DNA of 52,961 nucleotides from Escherichia phage mEp013: sequence record PP180002; one strand, 5' to 3'. Shown piece by piece: positions 25,747 to 35,792 of this stretch (position 1 is its first letter; each line of letters starts with the position of its first letter). The notes under the pieces were generated by a model. It saw only the letters and a program-made list of their open reading frames with translations, ran no database searches and was not told where the DNA came from. The position numbers and the translations under genes were made by a program.

Positions 25747-25821
25747 ATGATTGACCCGCTCATTATCCTTTCTGCCTGCGTCGCTGTATGGCTGGCGATC
25801 ATGATATTCATTGAAAGCTGA
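25747..25821 (+). CDS. mini-protein 1 of tandem array (24 aa, single TM)
   Basis: MIDPLIILSACVAVWLAIMIFIES; RBS GAGG. Confidence 0.45.
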   Translation: MIDPLIILSACVAVWLAIMIFIES

Positions 25822-25832
25822 AGGTTCTCATC

Positions 25833-25907
25833 ATGAATATTTACGATCTAATCTGGTGGTCGGTGGTCGCCGTCATTATCTATTTCTGGTGGAAGAATGT
25901 CGTATAG
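25833..25907 (+). CDS. mini-protein 2 of tandem array (24 aa, single TM)
   Basis: MNIYDLIWWSVVAVIIYFWWKNVV; RBS AAGG. Confidence 0.45.
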   Translation: MNIYDLIWWSVVAVIIYFWWKNVV

Positions 25908-25915
25908 GTGGCGGC

Positions 25916-26023
25916 ATGGATATATTCGAATTGCTGGCGATTATGTGCGGAATGATGTTAGGCACTGTCGCCATAATTATCATCATTGGTCTGGTTATAG
26001 GTAGTGTCAATGAACGCATATGA
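25916..26023 (+). CDS. mini-protein 3 of tandem array (35 aa, single TM)
   Basis: MDIFELLAIMCGMMLGTVAIIIIIGLVIGSVNERI; RBS AGGTGG. Confidence 0.45.
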   Translation: MDIFELLAIMCGMMLGTVAIIIIIGLVIGSVNERI

Positions 26024-26090
26024 AATGCTATTACTGGTGGCTGTAGTTGTAGTCATTGCCGTTGATTTCTATCGAGGGTTTAAAAGATGA
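26010..26090 (+). CDS. mini-protein 4 of tandem array (26 aa, single TM)
   Basis: MNAYEMLLLVAVVVVIAVDFYRGFKR; weak RBS; overlaps neighbours. Confidence 0.35.
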   Translation: MNAYEMLLLVAVVVVIAVDFYRGFKR

Positions 26091-26158
26091 AAGAAGCAGA
26101 CTTCTTTTGCATGGTTGTAGTGATCGTTATTATTGCGGTGATTTTAAATCTTAGCTGA
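26087..26158 (+). CDS. mini-protein 5 of tandem array (23 aa, single TM)
   Basis: MKEADFFCMVVVIVIIAVILNLS; RBS GAGGG; ATGA overlap. Confidence 0.45.
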   Translation: MKEADFFCMVVVIVIIAVILNLS

Positions 26159-26175
26159 ATCGCAGGGGGTTAAAA

Positions 26176-26244
26176 ATGAAATGGCTTGATTTCTTTTTCC
26201 TGATTGTTGCGATTGTTCTAACCATGACCGCGCTTGCTCAATAG
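26176..26244 (+). CDS. mini-protein 6 of tandem array (22 aa, single TM)
   Basis: MKWLDFFFLIVAIVLTMTALAQ; RBS AGGGGG. Confidence 0.45.
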   Translation: MKWLDFFFLIVAIVLTMTALAQ

Positions 26245-26303
26245 GTTATGGCTTGGACGCGCATTTTATGCGCTTCCTAAATTAAGTAAGTCAAATAAAG
26301 TGG

Positions 26304-26396
26304 ATGGTAACAGTGAAAGAGCTATTCGACTGGTTGGAAGTATTAACATACTGCGCAAGTTTTGTGGCTTGCGTATATATCATCAATAAATATTGA
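26304..26396 (+). CDS. mini-protein 7 of tandem array (30 aa, single TM)
   Basis: MVTVKELFDWLEVLTYCASFVACVYIINKY; alternative GTG start at 26313. Confidence 0.4.
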   Translation: MVTVKELFDWLEVLTYCASFVACVYIINKY

Positions 26397-26407
26397 GAGG
26401 TGAAATT

Positions 26408-26893
26408 ATGGCCCGCACGAAAAAGGCAAAGGCTGAAGATAAAAAGCCAGCAGCCAAAAAGACGGGCCGTCCGCATGGTTATACCGAAGAAAAGGCATTA
26501 GAGATCTGTGAGCTGGTGGCGGACGGTCAAAGCATTAACAAAATATCGAAGATGCCTGATATGCCTGCGCGTTCAACAATCCTTAAATGGTTCAGAGACG
26601 TGCCGGAGTTCTCGGACATGTACATGCGCGCGAAAGAGATCGGTTTTGAGGTATTGGCTGATGAGATTATCGACATAGCCGACGCAGCGGAGAACATTGA
26701 TAAAGACGAATGCCGCCGCCATCAATTGATGATTGAAACCCGTAAGTGGCTATTGGCAAAACTGCAACCGCGTAAATATGGTGAACGTGTCACGCAGGAG
26801 ATCGTAGGCAATAAGGAAGAAGCACCCGTCCGGGTAGAAGTTACAAAAGAAGAGATCGCCCGCATCGTCCAGGAAGTAGAAGATGAGGTGTGA
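26408..26893 (+). CDS. terS: terminase small subunit
   Basis: Basic N-terminus, HTH-like segment, acidic C-terminus; directly upstream of terL; RBS GAGAGGTG. Confidence 0.7.
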   Translation: MARTKKAKAEDKKPAAKKTGRPHGYTEEKALEICELVADGQSINKISKMPDMPARSTILKWFRDVPEFSDMYMRAKEIGFEVLADEIIDIADAAENIDKDECRRHQLMIETRKWLLAKLQPRKYGERVTQEIVGNKEEAPVRVEVTKEEIARIVQEVEDEV

Positions 26894-26895
26894 TT

Positions 26896-28374
26896 ATGTT
26901 GACAATCAAAGAACGAGTTATTCAGTCCAAGTGTGAAAGCGATGGCCTGTTTTTCAATCGCTATTTCTATAAACAAGCGAACGGAACGAAGATGTTAATC
27001 TCAGGCCATCATTTAGCTATCCGTGATGCACTGCAACGCGTTATTAATGGTGAGATAACCCGCCTCATCATTAACATTCCCCCAGGGTACGGCAAAACTA
27101 TGATCGCGACTATCAACATGATGGCGCGGTCCCTCGCAATAAACCCCCGCACAAGATTCCTTCACGTTTCCTATTCCAACAACCTGGCATTACTCAATTC
27201 CTCGACTGTAAGAAACATGATCTGTACGCCTGAATATCAGGCAATGTGGCCCATGAAGATCCGCAATGATGCCAACAGTAAATCTATGTGGTGGACCGAA
27301 TACGGCGGCGGCGTGTACGCGACCTCATCGCTGGGCCAGGTAACTGGGTTCCGTGCCGGGTATATGGAACCAGGATTTAACGGCGCGTTAATCATCGACG
27401 ACCCATTGAAACCTGCTGACGCTTATTCTGACGTAGTGAGAAAGCAGGTAAACACCAACTATAACGACACGCTTGCGTCACGTCTGGCAGTGCAAACGAC
27501 GCCTGTTATCGTCATTATGCAGCGCATCCATTACGATGATTTGTCCGGCTACCTGTTACGCGGTGGAAGCGGGGAAAAGTGGTATCACCTGAACCTGCCA
27601 GTGAAGATCGACAACAGCGTTGACTATTGGGATTTGTACCCTGAAAACGAGTTCGCCATCCCTATTGCTCACAACCTGCCTGATGGCTGGCTGTGGCCCA
27701 GGAAACACAATGACGATCATGAAGCTGGACTGAAAGCACACAGGCGGTCATTTGAGGCCCAGTACATGCAGCGCCCGCGTAAATTCGACGAAGAGGGTGC
27801 ATTGTGGACTGAAGCCATGATAACCGCAGCGCACCGGATGCAGATAACGCAGGACAAGATCCGCACGGTAATAGCTATCGACCCGGCTACAACATCATCG
27901 GAAGAATCGGACGAAACGGGGATCGTTGCATGTTCCGCTTACGGTGGCGGTAAAAATGCTCAGTATTCTGTTGATGGCGACTACTCAGGCCGCATGTCGC
28001 CTAACGACTGGGCGAAAGCATCAATGAACGCCTACAACATCCATGAAGCTGACGCGATAGTTATCGAAACCAACCAGGGCGGCGAAATGGCAGAGGCCAC
28101 GCTACGCAATGCCGGATTTAAAGGCCGCATTGTTAAGGTGCACGCAAGCAAAGGTAAATTCGCCCGTGCCGAACCAATATCTGCATTGTACGCACAAGGA
28201 AGGGTGGCCCACACTGGTGAGCTGTACACGCTGGAAAATCAAATGATGGAATACGTTCCAGCCACCGCCAAAAAATCCCCTGACCGTATGGACGCTATGG
28301 TATGGGGTATCACTGAATTAAGCCAGCCACAGGCTATGGGCCTCATGTTACCGAAGCGCCTGCGCGGATTTTAA
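26896..28374 (+). CDS. terL: terminase large subunit
   Basis: Walker A-like PPGYGKT, ATPase then nuclease region; ~490 aa; position. Confidence 0.85.
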   Translation: MLTIKERVIQSKCESDGLFFNRYFYKQANGTKMLISGHHLAIRDALQRVINGEITRLIINIPPGYGKTMIATINMMARSLAINPRTRFLHVSYSNNLALLNSSTVRNMICTPEYQAMWPMKIRNDANSKSMWWTEYGGGVYATSSLGQVTGFRAGYMEPGFNGALIIDDPLKPADAYSDVVRKQVNTNYNDTLASRLAVQTTPVIVIMQRIHYDDLSGYLLRGGSGEKWYHLNLPVKIDNSVDYWDLYPENEFAIPIAHNLPDGWLWPRKHNDDHEAGLKAHRRSFEAQYMQRPRKFDEEGALWTEAMITAAHRMQITQDKIRTVIAIDPATTSSEESDETGIVACSAYGGGKNAQYSVDGDYSGRMSPNDWAKASMNAYNIHEADAIVIETNQGGEMAEATLRNAGFKGRIVKVHASKGKFARAEPISALYAQGRVAHTGELYTLENQMMEYVPATAKKSPDRMDAMVWGITELSQPQAMGLMLPKRLRGF

Positions 28375-28452
28375 AATCTGCCTCACAATAACCCGCAAGT
28401 TTTTCTATTTTTCGCGTAGCAACGCGTAAACATGTATTCAGGAGTAAACATT

Positions 28453-29823
28453 ATGCCATCCAATTTAGAATTGGCGGTTAATGCTGCCTTGTCACAACGC
28501 CAGGCGGCCTATGCCCGCTATGCCGCAGCCAACCCATTCACGATGGGGATAGATGCCAAACGTGATGCCGCATGGAGTGAATACGGATTCAAAGAAGAGA
28601 TCACGTACGACGATCTATACAAACTGTACAGACGCGGTGGTATCGCTCATGGTGCTGTAGAAAAGATTGTCACCACTTGCTGGCGCACCATGCCAACGCT
28701 AATAGAAGGAACGGAAGACGAGAAAGCCGAAAAGGAAACGACATGGGAAAGAGAAATCAAGAAACAATTCGACAACAGATTTTGGCGCATTATTGCCGAA
28801 TGTGATCGCCGCCGCCTCATTGGTCGTTATGCTGGCCTGTTGATTCATGTCAGAGATAACCAGCCGTGGGAAAATCCAGTCACAAAAGGCGTAGGTATTG
28901 CCAAATTTACCCCGGTATGGGCTGGTGCTCTTACGCCGAAGGAGTTCGAAGAAGACCCGAACAGTGAAAATTATGGCCTGCCTACATGGTGGGAATACAA
29001 GGAACGCATTAACAGCAAGACCATTGCCAGAAGAATACACCCTGATCGCATATTCATATTTGGTGACTATTCTGATGATGCTATCGCTTTCCTTGAGCCG
29101 TCCTATAACGCCTTTGTGTCACTGGAGAAAGTGGAAGGCGGTAGCGGTGAATCGTTCCTGAAAAACGCTGCCCGTCAGCTTGCTATTTCATTCGATAAGG
29201 AAATTGATTTCCGTTCCCTGGCTGCGACATACGATTGCGACGTTACAGAGTTACGCGAAAGATTTAATGAGGCTGCGGCTGAAATGAATAAGGGTAACGA
29301 TGTGATGATGGCATTACAAGGGGCAACAGTAAGCCCGCTGGTGACTGCCGTATCTGACCCGTCAGCAACCTATGATGTCAACCTGCAAACCGCCGCCGCT
29401 GGTATTGATATTCCGACCCGCATCCTGGTTGGGAACCAGCAGGGCGAACGCGCATCAACCGAAGACCTGCGCTACTTCAACAGCCGCTGTATGACCCGCA
29501 GGGAGGAAATCGGTGGTGAGCTTGAAGATCTGTTTAGCAAGATGGCAGCGCTACGCCTTATCAGTATGCCAGTAGATATATCAGTGATATGGGACGACCT
29601 GAACGCCATGACCAAAGCCGAACTACTGGAGTCGGCATACAAAATGGCACAAATCAATCAGGCTTGTCTGGCTACTGGTGAAGAAATATTTAGCGGTGAC
29701 GAGATCCGCGAGGCTGCCGGATACGATGGCCCAGCCAGTGAAGTAGAAACAGAAGAGGAGGGCGATGATGAGGGTGAAGAAGATAATCAGGCGAATACCT
29801 CCAGCCGCGATAATGCCATCTAA
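28453..29823 (+). CDS. portal protein
   Basis: ~456 aa directly after terL with acidic C-terminus; ATG at 28453 with RBS AGGAG. Confidence 0.7.
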   Translation: MPSNLELAVNAALSQRQAAYARYAAANPFTMGIDAKRDAAWSEYGFKEEITYDDLYKLYRRGGIAHGAVEKIVTTCWRTMPTLIEGTEDEKAEKETTWEREIKKQFDNRFWRIIAECDRRRLIGRYAGLLIHVRDNQPWENPVTKGVGIAKFTPVWAGALTPKEFEEDPNSENYGLPTWWEYKERINSKTIARRIHPDRIFIFGDYSDDAIAFLEPSYNAFVSLEKVEGGSGESFLKNAARQLAISFDKEIDFRSLAATYDCDVTELRERFNEAAAEMNKGNDVMMALQGATVSPLVTAVSDPSATYDVNLQTAAAGIDIPTRILVGNQQGERASTEDLRYFNSRCMTRREEIGGELEDLFSKMAALRLISMPVDISVIWDDLNAMTKAELLESAYKMAQINQACLATGEEIFSGDEIREAAGYDGPASEVETEEEGDDEGEEDNQANTSSRDNAI

Positions 29824-30709
29824 CACCGAAGACCCGACCATGACAGGGAAGTTAAGGTCTGGTGCTATCAAGCGTTTTAAAGCCTGCCTGAAGAAAGTAG
29901 CCGATCCATATATCGCCATACTGGACAGAATACAATACAGCCTGGCAGTTAATAAGAAATACACTTTCCAGATCTACATTGACGAATTACATGATTTGCT
30001 GGAAGACGCCAGCGACATGATTGATGAAATATTCGAGTTAACAGACCCGGAAAACTTCTGGTTCTGGCAGGAATATGTAAAGGTGGCATATCAACGCGGC
30101 ACTTCACAGGAATATGCCAACCTTGCTAATCAGTCAGTCACATATTCCAGGGCTTACCCTGAAGTGTCGGCGGTATTAACCAGTCAGACCTATCGCACAC
30201 GCCTTGCCCTGGTACGTACCCGTGTATTTGAAGAGATGCGCGGGCTTACCGCACAGATTAAGAAGGATATGGCACGCCTATTAACTGAAGGCATGGCCCG
30301 TGGCCTAAACCCACTCGAAATAGCGCGTACATTGCAGCAGGAAACGCAATTGCCGCTATACAGGTGCAAACGTATTGCCCGTACTGAAATATGCACAGCG
30401 TTACGCACAGCGCGTATGGATGAGGCAGAGGCCGCATCGGATGAGCTTAATTTGCGCACGATGCAGATGCATATTTCGGCATTGTCACCGACTACCAGGC
30501 TATCACACGCACAGCGACACGGGAAAACATACACCATAGAAGAGCAGCGCGAATGGTGGAGCAGATCCCCTAATTCAATTAACTGCAAATGTAGCACGAT
30601 TACCGTGATGGTTGATGAGTCTGGTAATATATTAAACAAACGAATATTAGAGCGGGCGCAAGAAAACTATAAAGTTGCGCACGCTAAATATGGCGAAGAT
30701 TGGGAGTAA
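29765..30709 (+). CDS. head morphogenesis protein (Mu F / SPP1 gp7-like)
   Basis: Position after portal; conserved central region of the F-like family; RBS GAGGAGGG. Confidence 0.65.
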   Translation: MMRVKKIIRRIPPAAIMPSNTEDPTMTGKLRSGAIKRFKACLKKVADPYIAILDRIQYSLAVNKKYTFQIYIDELHDLLEDASDMIDEIFELTDPENFWFWQEYVKVAYQRGTSQEYANLANQSVTYSRAYPEVSAVLTSQTYRTRLALVRTRVFEEMRGLTAQIKKDMARLLTEGMARGLNPLEIARTLQQETQLPLYRCKRIARTEICTALRTARMDEAEAASDELNLRTMQMHISALSPTTRLSHAQRHGKTYTIEEQREWWSRSPNSINCKCSTITVMVDESGNILNKRILERAQENYKVAHAKYGEDWE

Positions 30710-30714
30710 AAACC

Positions 30715-31986
30715 GTGAATAAAGAACTGATTCAGGTTAATACCAAATTAACCGCTAATACCATACGCCGGGAAACGTATAACGGGCGTGAGCATATTGT
30801 TGTTCCGTCATATACGTTGCCATTCAATATCGTTATGAATCGGGAATATTACCCGGAAGCTGAAATAATTGCTAACTATCAGTCACTGGAAGGCACACTT
30901 GCACCGTTGGGCCATCCTACCGTTGACGGCGAATTTGTTTCCGCATTTAGCCCGGAAGGTCTGAATATTGGCTTTTGTGGGGCGTGGAACAGAAATGTTG
31001 AATTACGCGGGAACCGTGTTTATGTGGAAAAATGGGTGGATGTTGAAACCGCCAGCCATTCAGAACAGGGCCGCGAATTATTGAGCCGACTGGAAGCACT
31101 GGAAAAAGGCGAAAGCAAAGATCCTATCTGGTCATCTGTTGCCGTATATCGTCAGCGTATGCCAGCTACTGAAGAAATGAAAGCCCAGGGTGCTGATAGC
31201 GTTGTCAAAATCATGTCGATCGACCATGACGCTATCTTATTGCATGAACCTCCAGCCGCATCGCCAGAGCAGGGCGTTGGCCTGATGGTTAACACTGACC
31301 AGGCAAAACCTTTAATGGCGGTGGCAATGAAAGAAAACAGCTATCGCACGCTTGAAAGACAATTGGAAGAAGCTGCGCGTGAACTGTTCCACGATGCAGA
31401 TTATGTCTATGTTGTGGACTTCACTGATAAAGAAGTGACTATTGCCACTAATACCGAAAGTGCTCAAGTTTGCACATATGAAAAACAGGCTGATAAAATT
31501 ATTCTCAATAATGGCGAGCTTGCAACCAATGAGGAAAGTAAATCCTGGTTCGCTCAGTTCGCTGAACACTTATCTAATCTTTTCTCCCTGAATGAAAAAA
31601 TTAAGGCCAATAAATCGGAGGGTGAACCCATGCCTTTGACCAAAGAAGAACGCGCCGAACTGGTAAAAGAAATTAACGAAGGTTTAGCCGCTAATATCGC
31701 TAATGCAGTAGCAGAGGCATTAAAACCAGTACAGGCAAGCGTTGAAGAATTACAGACCAATCAGAAAGCGATCAAAGAAGAGATCGCAGCAAACGCAAAT
31801 AAAGAAGTAGCAGAAAAACGCGCCGCAGTAGCAAAAGTTCACGGCGAAATTGTTGCTAACGCTTTAAGCGGTGAAGCGTTAGAAGCAATGTTTAAATCCC
31901 TGGGTAAAGCAGCACCAATGGCAGCAAACTCAGCCGCTGGTGGAAATAAACCTGCCACCCCTGACATTAACAACTATTTCGCATAA
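30715..31986 (+). CDS. putative prohead scaffold/protease-like protein
   Basis: Position between morphogenesis and capsid genes; Ala/Glu/Lys-rich coiled-coil C-terminal half; GTG start with RBS GGGAG. Confidence 0.55.
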   Translation: MNKELIQVNTKLTANTIRRETYNGREHIVVPSYTLPFNIVMNREYYPEAEIIANYQSLEGTLAPLGHPTVDGEFVSAFSPEGLNIGFCGAWNRNVELRGNRVYVEKWVDVETASHSEQGRELLSRLEALEKGESKDPIWSSVAVYRQRMPATEEMKAQGADSVVKIMSIDHDAILLHEPPAASPEQGVGLMVNTDQAKPLMAVAMKENSYRTLERQLEEAARELFHDADYVYVVDFTDKEVTIATNTESAQVCTYEKQADKIILNNGELATNEESKSWFAQFAEHLSNLFSLNEKIKANKSEGEPMPLTKEERAELVKEINEGLAANIANAVAEALKPVQASVEELQTNQKAIKEEIAANANKEVAEKRAAVAKVHGEIVANALSGEALEAMFKSLGKAAPMAANSAAGGNKPATPDINNYFA

Positions 31987-31996
31987 GAGGTGAATT

Positions 31997-32398
31997 ATGT
32001 CCCGTTTTCGTCGTGTAAATATTGACGGTAAATCCGTTACTGAAACCGCAGTATCTGCCGCAGCACTTAAACCTGGTACCCCGGTAAAAATGACGGCTGG
32101 TAAATTCGTTGCCGCCTCTGATACCGCAGGCCGTATTTATGTTGTTAATCCGGCATACCATGAAGGTTTAGGCATTGAAGATGCGATCCCGGTTGGTCAT
32201 TCCGTGGTTGCTGACTATGCAGAAGAAGGACGCGAATTCGCAATTCTGCTTCCTGAAGGTGCTTACACCAAAGACGCTGCCATCACCATTGGTGAAGGTG
32301 GCTTTAAATTGGTTACATCTGAAGAACCGGTTTTCGCTTTCTGCCAGGAAACTGTAACCCTTGAAGCGGCTGATTTTGTACGTGTCCGCGTTGCATAA
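31997..32398 (+). CDS. putative head decoration/cement-like protein
   Basis: 133 aa immediately upstream of major capsid gene. Confidence 0.45.
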   Translation: MSRFRRVNIDGKSVTETAVSAAALKPGTPVKMTAGKFVAASDTAGRIYVVNPAYHEGLGIEDAIPVGHSVVADYAEEGREFAILLPEGAYTKDAAITIGEGGFKLVTSEEPVFAFCQETVTLEAADFVRVRVA

Positions 32399-32417
32399 TA
32401 ATAAGAGGTGAAAAACT

Positions 32418-33470
32418 ATGTTGTTTAATAAACACAACCTTGCTACCAACAGCCGCATTCGTGCTCAGTGGGATCACCTTTGGGCGCAGCGCAACATGTT
32501 CAATGATCGTGACGGCGCTCTTATTGCCGCAAATATGGCAAACATGACCGCTGACATCCTGGCATGTAATGCCGTTGGCGGCTTCGATCAGGAATTTTGG
32601 AAAGCTATCGATAACCAGATTATCGAAATGAGCACCGAAGAGACTGGCATCGAAATTGTAAACGACCTGATGGCTGTTCAAACCGTATTGCCAATCGGTA
32701 AAACCGAGAAAATGTACAGCGTATCCGGTGATATTAACGATGAGGTTGTCGTTAGTATCGATGGTCAGGCTCCGCATGGCTTCGATCACACCGAATACGG
32801 TAGCGATGGCGACCCGATCCCGATGTTCGCAGCGGGTTACGGTGTCAACTGGCGTCATTCCGAAGGTCTGAAAACTGTTGGTATTGACCTTGCACTGGAT
32901 AGCCAGCGCCTGAAACTGCAAAAATTCAACAAAGCACGCGTTGATTATTACCTTAACGGTAACGCAAAAATCAACGTCAACGGTAAACCTGGGCAGGGTA
33001 TTAAAAATCACCGTAATACCCAACAGCTGGTAATGACATCCGAAGACCTAACCACTGACGGATTTGACGATCTCATCAAATTCTTCACCACTGGTGCATT
33101 CGGTGTTATGGCCCGCAACAACCGTGTTGATCAGTATGACATTATGTGGGTATCCCCTGAAATTATGGCTAACATGGCAGCGCCGCACATTGCTAACGGT
33201 ACTGTTGTTGGTACTGTACTGAATATCGTTAAACCGTTCATTCCGGTTAAAGAAATCCGTCAGACCTTTGCACTGAAAGGAAACGAGTTCATTGCTTATC
33301 AACGCCGCCGCAACGTCATCACCCCGCTGGTTGGCATGACGACCGGTGTTGTCCCTCTGCCGCGCTTTATGCCGACTGATAACTATAACTTCAAAATCAT
33401 GTCAGCAGAAGGTTTACAAATCACCTGCGACATGCTGGGCCGTTCCGGCGTAGTTTACGGTCATAAATAA
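32418..33470 (+). CDS. major capsid protein
   Basis: 350 aa after scaffold/decoration genes; strong RBS AAGAGGTG; followed by strong terminator. Confidence 0.75.
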   Translation: MLFNKHNLATNSRIRAQWDHLWAQRNMFNDRDGALIAANMANMTADILACNAVGGFDQEFWKAIDNQIIEMSTEETGIEIVNDLMAVQTVLPIGKTEKMYSVSGDINDEVVVSIDGQAPHGFDHTEYGSDGDPIPMFAAGYGVNWRHSEGLKTVGIDLALDSQRLKLQKFNKARVDYYLNGNAKINVNGKPGQGIKNHRNTQQLVMTSEDLTTDGFDDLIKFFTTGAFGVMARNNRVDQYDIMWVSPEIMANMAAPHIANGTVVGTVLNIVKPFIPVKEIRQTFALKGNEFIAYQRRRNVITPLVGMTTGVVPLPRFMPTDNYNFKIMSAEGLQITCDMLGRSGVVYGHK

Positions 33471-33488
33471 TTTCGTGTTTCCTGTAAC

Positions 33489-33518
33489 TCCCCGGCGCAA
33501 TGCCGGGGATTTTTTTTG
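33489..33518 (+). terminator. rho-independent terminator after major capsid gene
   Basis: CCCCGGC-GCAAT-GCCGGGG followed by ATTTTTTTTG. Confidence 0.75.
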
Positions 33519-33535
33519 TATGTGGAGAAAACAAA

Positions 33536-33922
33536 ATGGTCACTACAGAACAGGCGCGGGAATATCTTGAAAACCAGGGTATTGACCTGCCAGACATTAT
33601 CTTATCTTTGCTGGTGGAACAGGCAAATAGCGTTAATGAATGCCTTGATGCTAACTATCCGGCCTCCACTGCAACATTAATTCAGCTTTATCTGATCGGG
33701 CTGTTAGGACTCACACAGGCTAACAAATACGTTTCCTCACACACAGGTCCGAATGGTGCAAGCCAGTCTTACCGCTATGTCGATTTCAATAAGAAATGGA
33801 AGGCAGCCTATTCGTTGCTTTACTCACTGGACAAACACCATTGCACAGCAGAACTGATTCCACCAGATCCAGAAAACACCGCGCACGCCGGGCTGTGGAT
33901 AGGTAAAAGCGGGAGGATGTAA
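33536..33922 (+). CDS. head-tail connector/adaptor protein (putative)
   Basis: Position; ATG at 33536 after terminator. Confidence 0.5.
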   Translation: MVTTEQAREYLENQGIDLPDIILSLLVEQANSVNECLDANYPASTATLIQLYLIGLLGLTQANKYVSSHTGPNGASQSYRYVDFNKKWKAAYSLLYSLDKHHCTAELIPPDPENTAHAGLWIGKSGRM

Positions 33923-33924
33923 CA

Positions 33925-34110
33925 ATGTGGAACGACCTTACGTTACCGGATCCGCTATTACCGAAACAGTTTACCCGCGTATGGGTGCAGACTGATACCG
34001 GGCGGCAGGTGGCGGCATATCTCAATGATGCTGGTGAATGGGTAATTCTTTGCCCGCGCGTGGCGAAAACCCATCCGAAAATTGTTAAATGGAGCTATGG
34101 CTATGAGTAA
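33925..34110 (+). CDS. hypothetical protein (61 aa)
   Basis: ORF in head-tail joining module. Confidence 0.4.
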   Translation: MWNDLTLPDPLLPKQFTRVWVQTDTGRQVAAYLNDAGEWVILCPRVAKTHPKIVKWSYGYE

Positions 34111-34471
34111 GATCGCAAGATTCAGCTACAAAGCGTTGGCCACCATTTACCCCGTGACGCGTGACGACTGGACAAACTCAGACGTATACGGAACACCATA
34201 CCTGATTGATTGTGCATGGGAACGCACTGACGGAACCGCAACAGACGCAAACGGGAATGAGGTTAGCAACACAATAACCGTATATACCGAATTACTTTAC
34301 AAAATGCAGCCAGTGCAGCGCCCGGAAAAAGGGTGGATGCTTGCCACTGGTGACACTACCGCTATTGCCGACCCTCTGGCGGCTGGGGCCAATTTTATAA
34401 CCGGAATCGTTGAATGGGACATGAGCATGTTTAATGACACGCCGGATTATAAGATCGTGACAGGGGGTTAA
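34106..34471 (+). CDS. head-tail joining protein (putative)
   Basis: ATG at 34106 inside ORF 34082..34471. Confidence 0.5.
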   Translation, partial: SKIARFSYKALATIYPVTRDDWTNSDVYGTPYLIDCAWERTDGTATDANGNEVSNTITVYTELLYKMQPVQRPEKGWMLATGDTTAIADPLAAGANFITGIVEWDMSMFNDTPDYKIVTGG

Positions 34472-34473
34472 TC

Positions 34474-34914
34474 ATGCCTATCAAGGGTGTTAAACGTGTC
34501 AGGGAGCGATTAAAGCAGGAGCTAAAGGAAATCACAGATAAGAAAACTCATGAGGTGTTATGGCGAGTAGGGATGCTGGCTGGTGGCTTCGCGGCGAACA
34601 TGACCCCCGTTGATACTGGTTTTTTAATTAACAGCCAATTTCAGTATATAGGTAGCACGGCGGAGGGTATGCAGTTACGGCTGGGATATACGGCCCGGTA
34701 TGCTGAATGGGTGCACAATATGCCAGGTAAATTAAAAGGACAGCCGCGCGAACATTTCGGCAAGACTAGCGAAGGGGTTGAATTCGGCGGCGGTACTGGA
34801 AAAGGTAAATATTGGGACCCAAACGCGGAGCCGGAATTTTTGCGCAAGGCATTCGAAGATCCAAACAACGCTGACGATATTTATAAAGAGATTGTAGAAG
34901 GTTACAAAACATGA
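34474..34914 (+). CDS. tail completion/neck protein (putative)
   Basis: Position between connector genes and major tail gene. Confidence 0.5.
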   Translation: MPIKGVKRVRERLKQELKEITDKKTHEVLWRVGMLAGGFAANMTPVDTGFLINSQFQYIGSTAEGMQLRLGYTARYAEWVHNMPGKLKGQPREHFGKTSEGVEFGGGTGKGKYWDPNAEPEFLRKAFEDPNNADDIYKEIVEGYKT

Positions 34915-35297
34915 AACGCAGCGAAGTATACGACGAAATAAGGGATTGGATTAAATCCCACGGGTACGATAAAGGCTATATTTTGCAGGCCCGTTTCTGG
35001 AATGAGCGATCCAATTCAAATAACGACAGGTACATTGTCATACAGCAAAACGGCGGCGCGGCTGGTGAAGAAGCAGTAACCCGTGACTATTTCCGCATTC
35101 TGGTTATTTCAGCGCGCAATGACGCAAATATCAGTGAAGTGGAAGACCTCGCAGACGCAATACGGCAAAGTATGATAACCGAATATAAAACTGATAAAAT
35201 TACACACATGAAGCCAGTTGGCGCTATTCCTGCAATGCAGACGAGAGAAGGGCGCTTTATTTTTACCGTAGCTTTTCAAACTACCATATCAAGATAA
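34911..35297 (+). CDS. tail terminator-like protein (putative)
   Basis: Position immediately upstream of major tail gene. Confidence 0.5.
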   Translation: MKRSEVYDEIRDWIKSHGYDKGYILQARFWNERSNSNNDRYIVIQQNGGAAGEEAVTRDYFRILVISARNDANISEVEDLADAIRQSMITEYKTDKITHMKPVGAIPAMQTREGRFIFTVAFQTTISR

Positions 35298-35310
35298 GAG
35301 GTAATAAGAC

Positions 35311-35787
35311 ATGTCTGAGACTTGCAAAAATGGCTCATTTACAGGCCGTGACGTTGCTGTATTCTTTGCTATCGCTTGCCCTAACGCCAAACCGGAAACT
35401 GGAGCGTACAAGGCGTTAGGCATGATGCGCGGCAAAACACTTTCCGTAGAATGGGAAACCGCAGACGCCACCGCTGATAAATCCGCCGACTATACCAAAG
35501 AATCCCTGGTGACTTACAAATCAGTATCTTTCTCCGGCGACGGCGTATCACGTAGTGATGATCTACACAACCAGAAAGAACTAAAGCGTCATGTAATGTC
35601 ACCGGGCACTGCTACCGGAAAACAGCCATATGTGTGGCTAAAAATCGTCACCCCCACCGATGTGACTGAGGGTCCATTCCTTTGCACATCTTTCGAAGAA
35701 GAAGCGCCGCACGATGATGTGACAACCTGGTCCATTGAGTGCGAAAGCGCGGGCCAGGTAACTGTAACCGATCCAGTTGCCGCATAA
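35311..35787 (+). CDS. major tail (tube) protein
   Basis: 158 aa between head-tail genes and chaperone/tape measure; followed by terminator. Confidence 0.6.
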   Translation: MSETCKNGSFTGRDVAVFFAIACPNAKPETGAYKALGMMRGKTLSVEWETADATADKSADYTKESLVTYKSVSFSGDGVSRSDDLHNQKELKRHVMSPGTATGKQPYVWLKIVTPTDVTEGPFLCTSFEEEAPHDDVTTWSIECESAGQVTVTDPVAA

Positions 35788-35792
35788 ACAAT

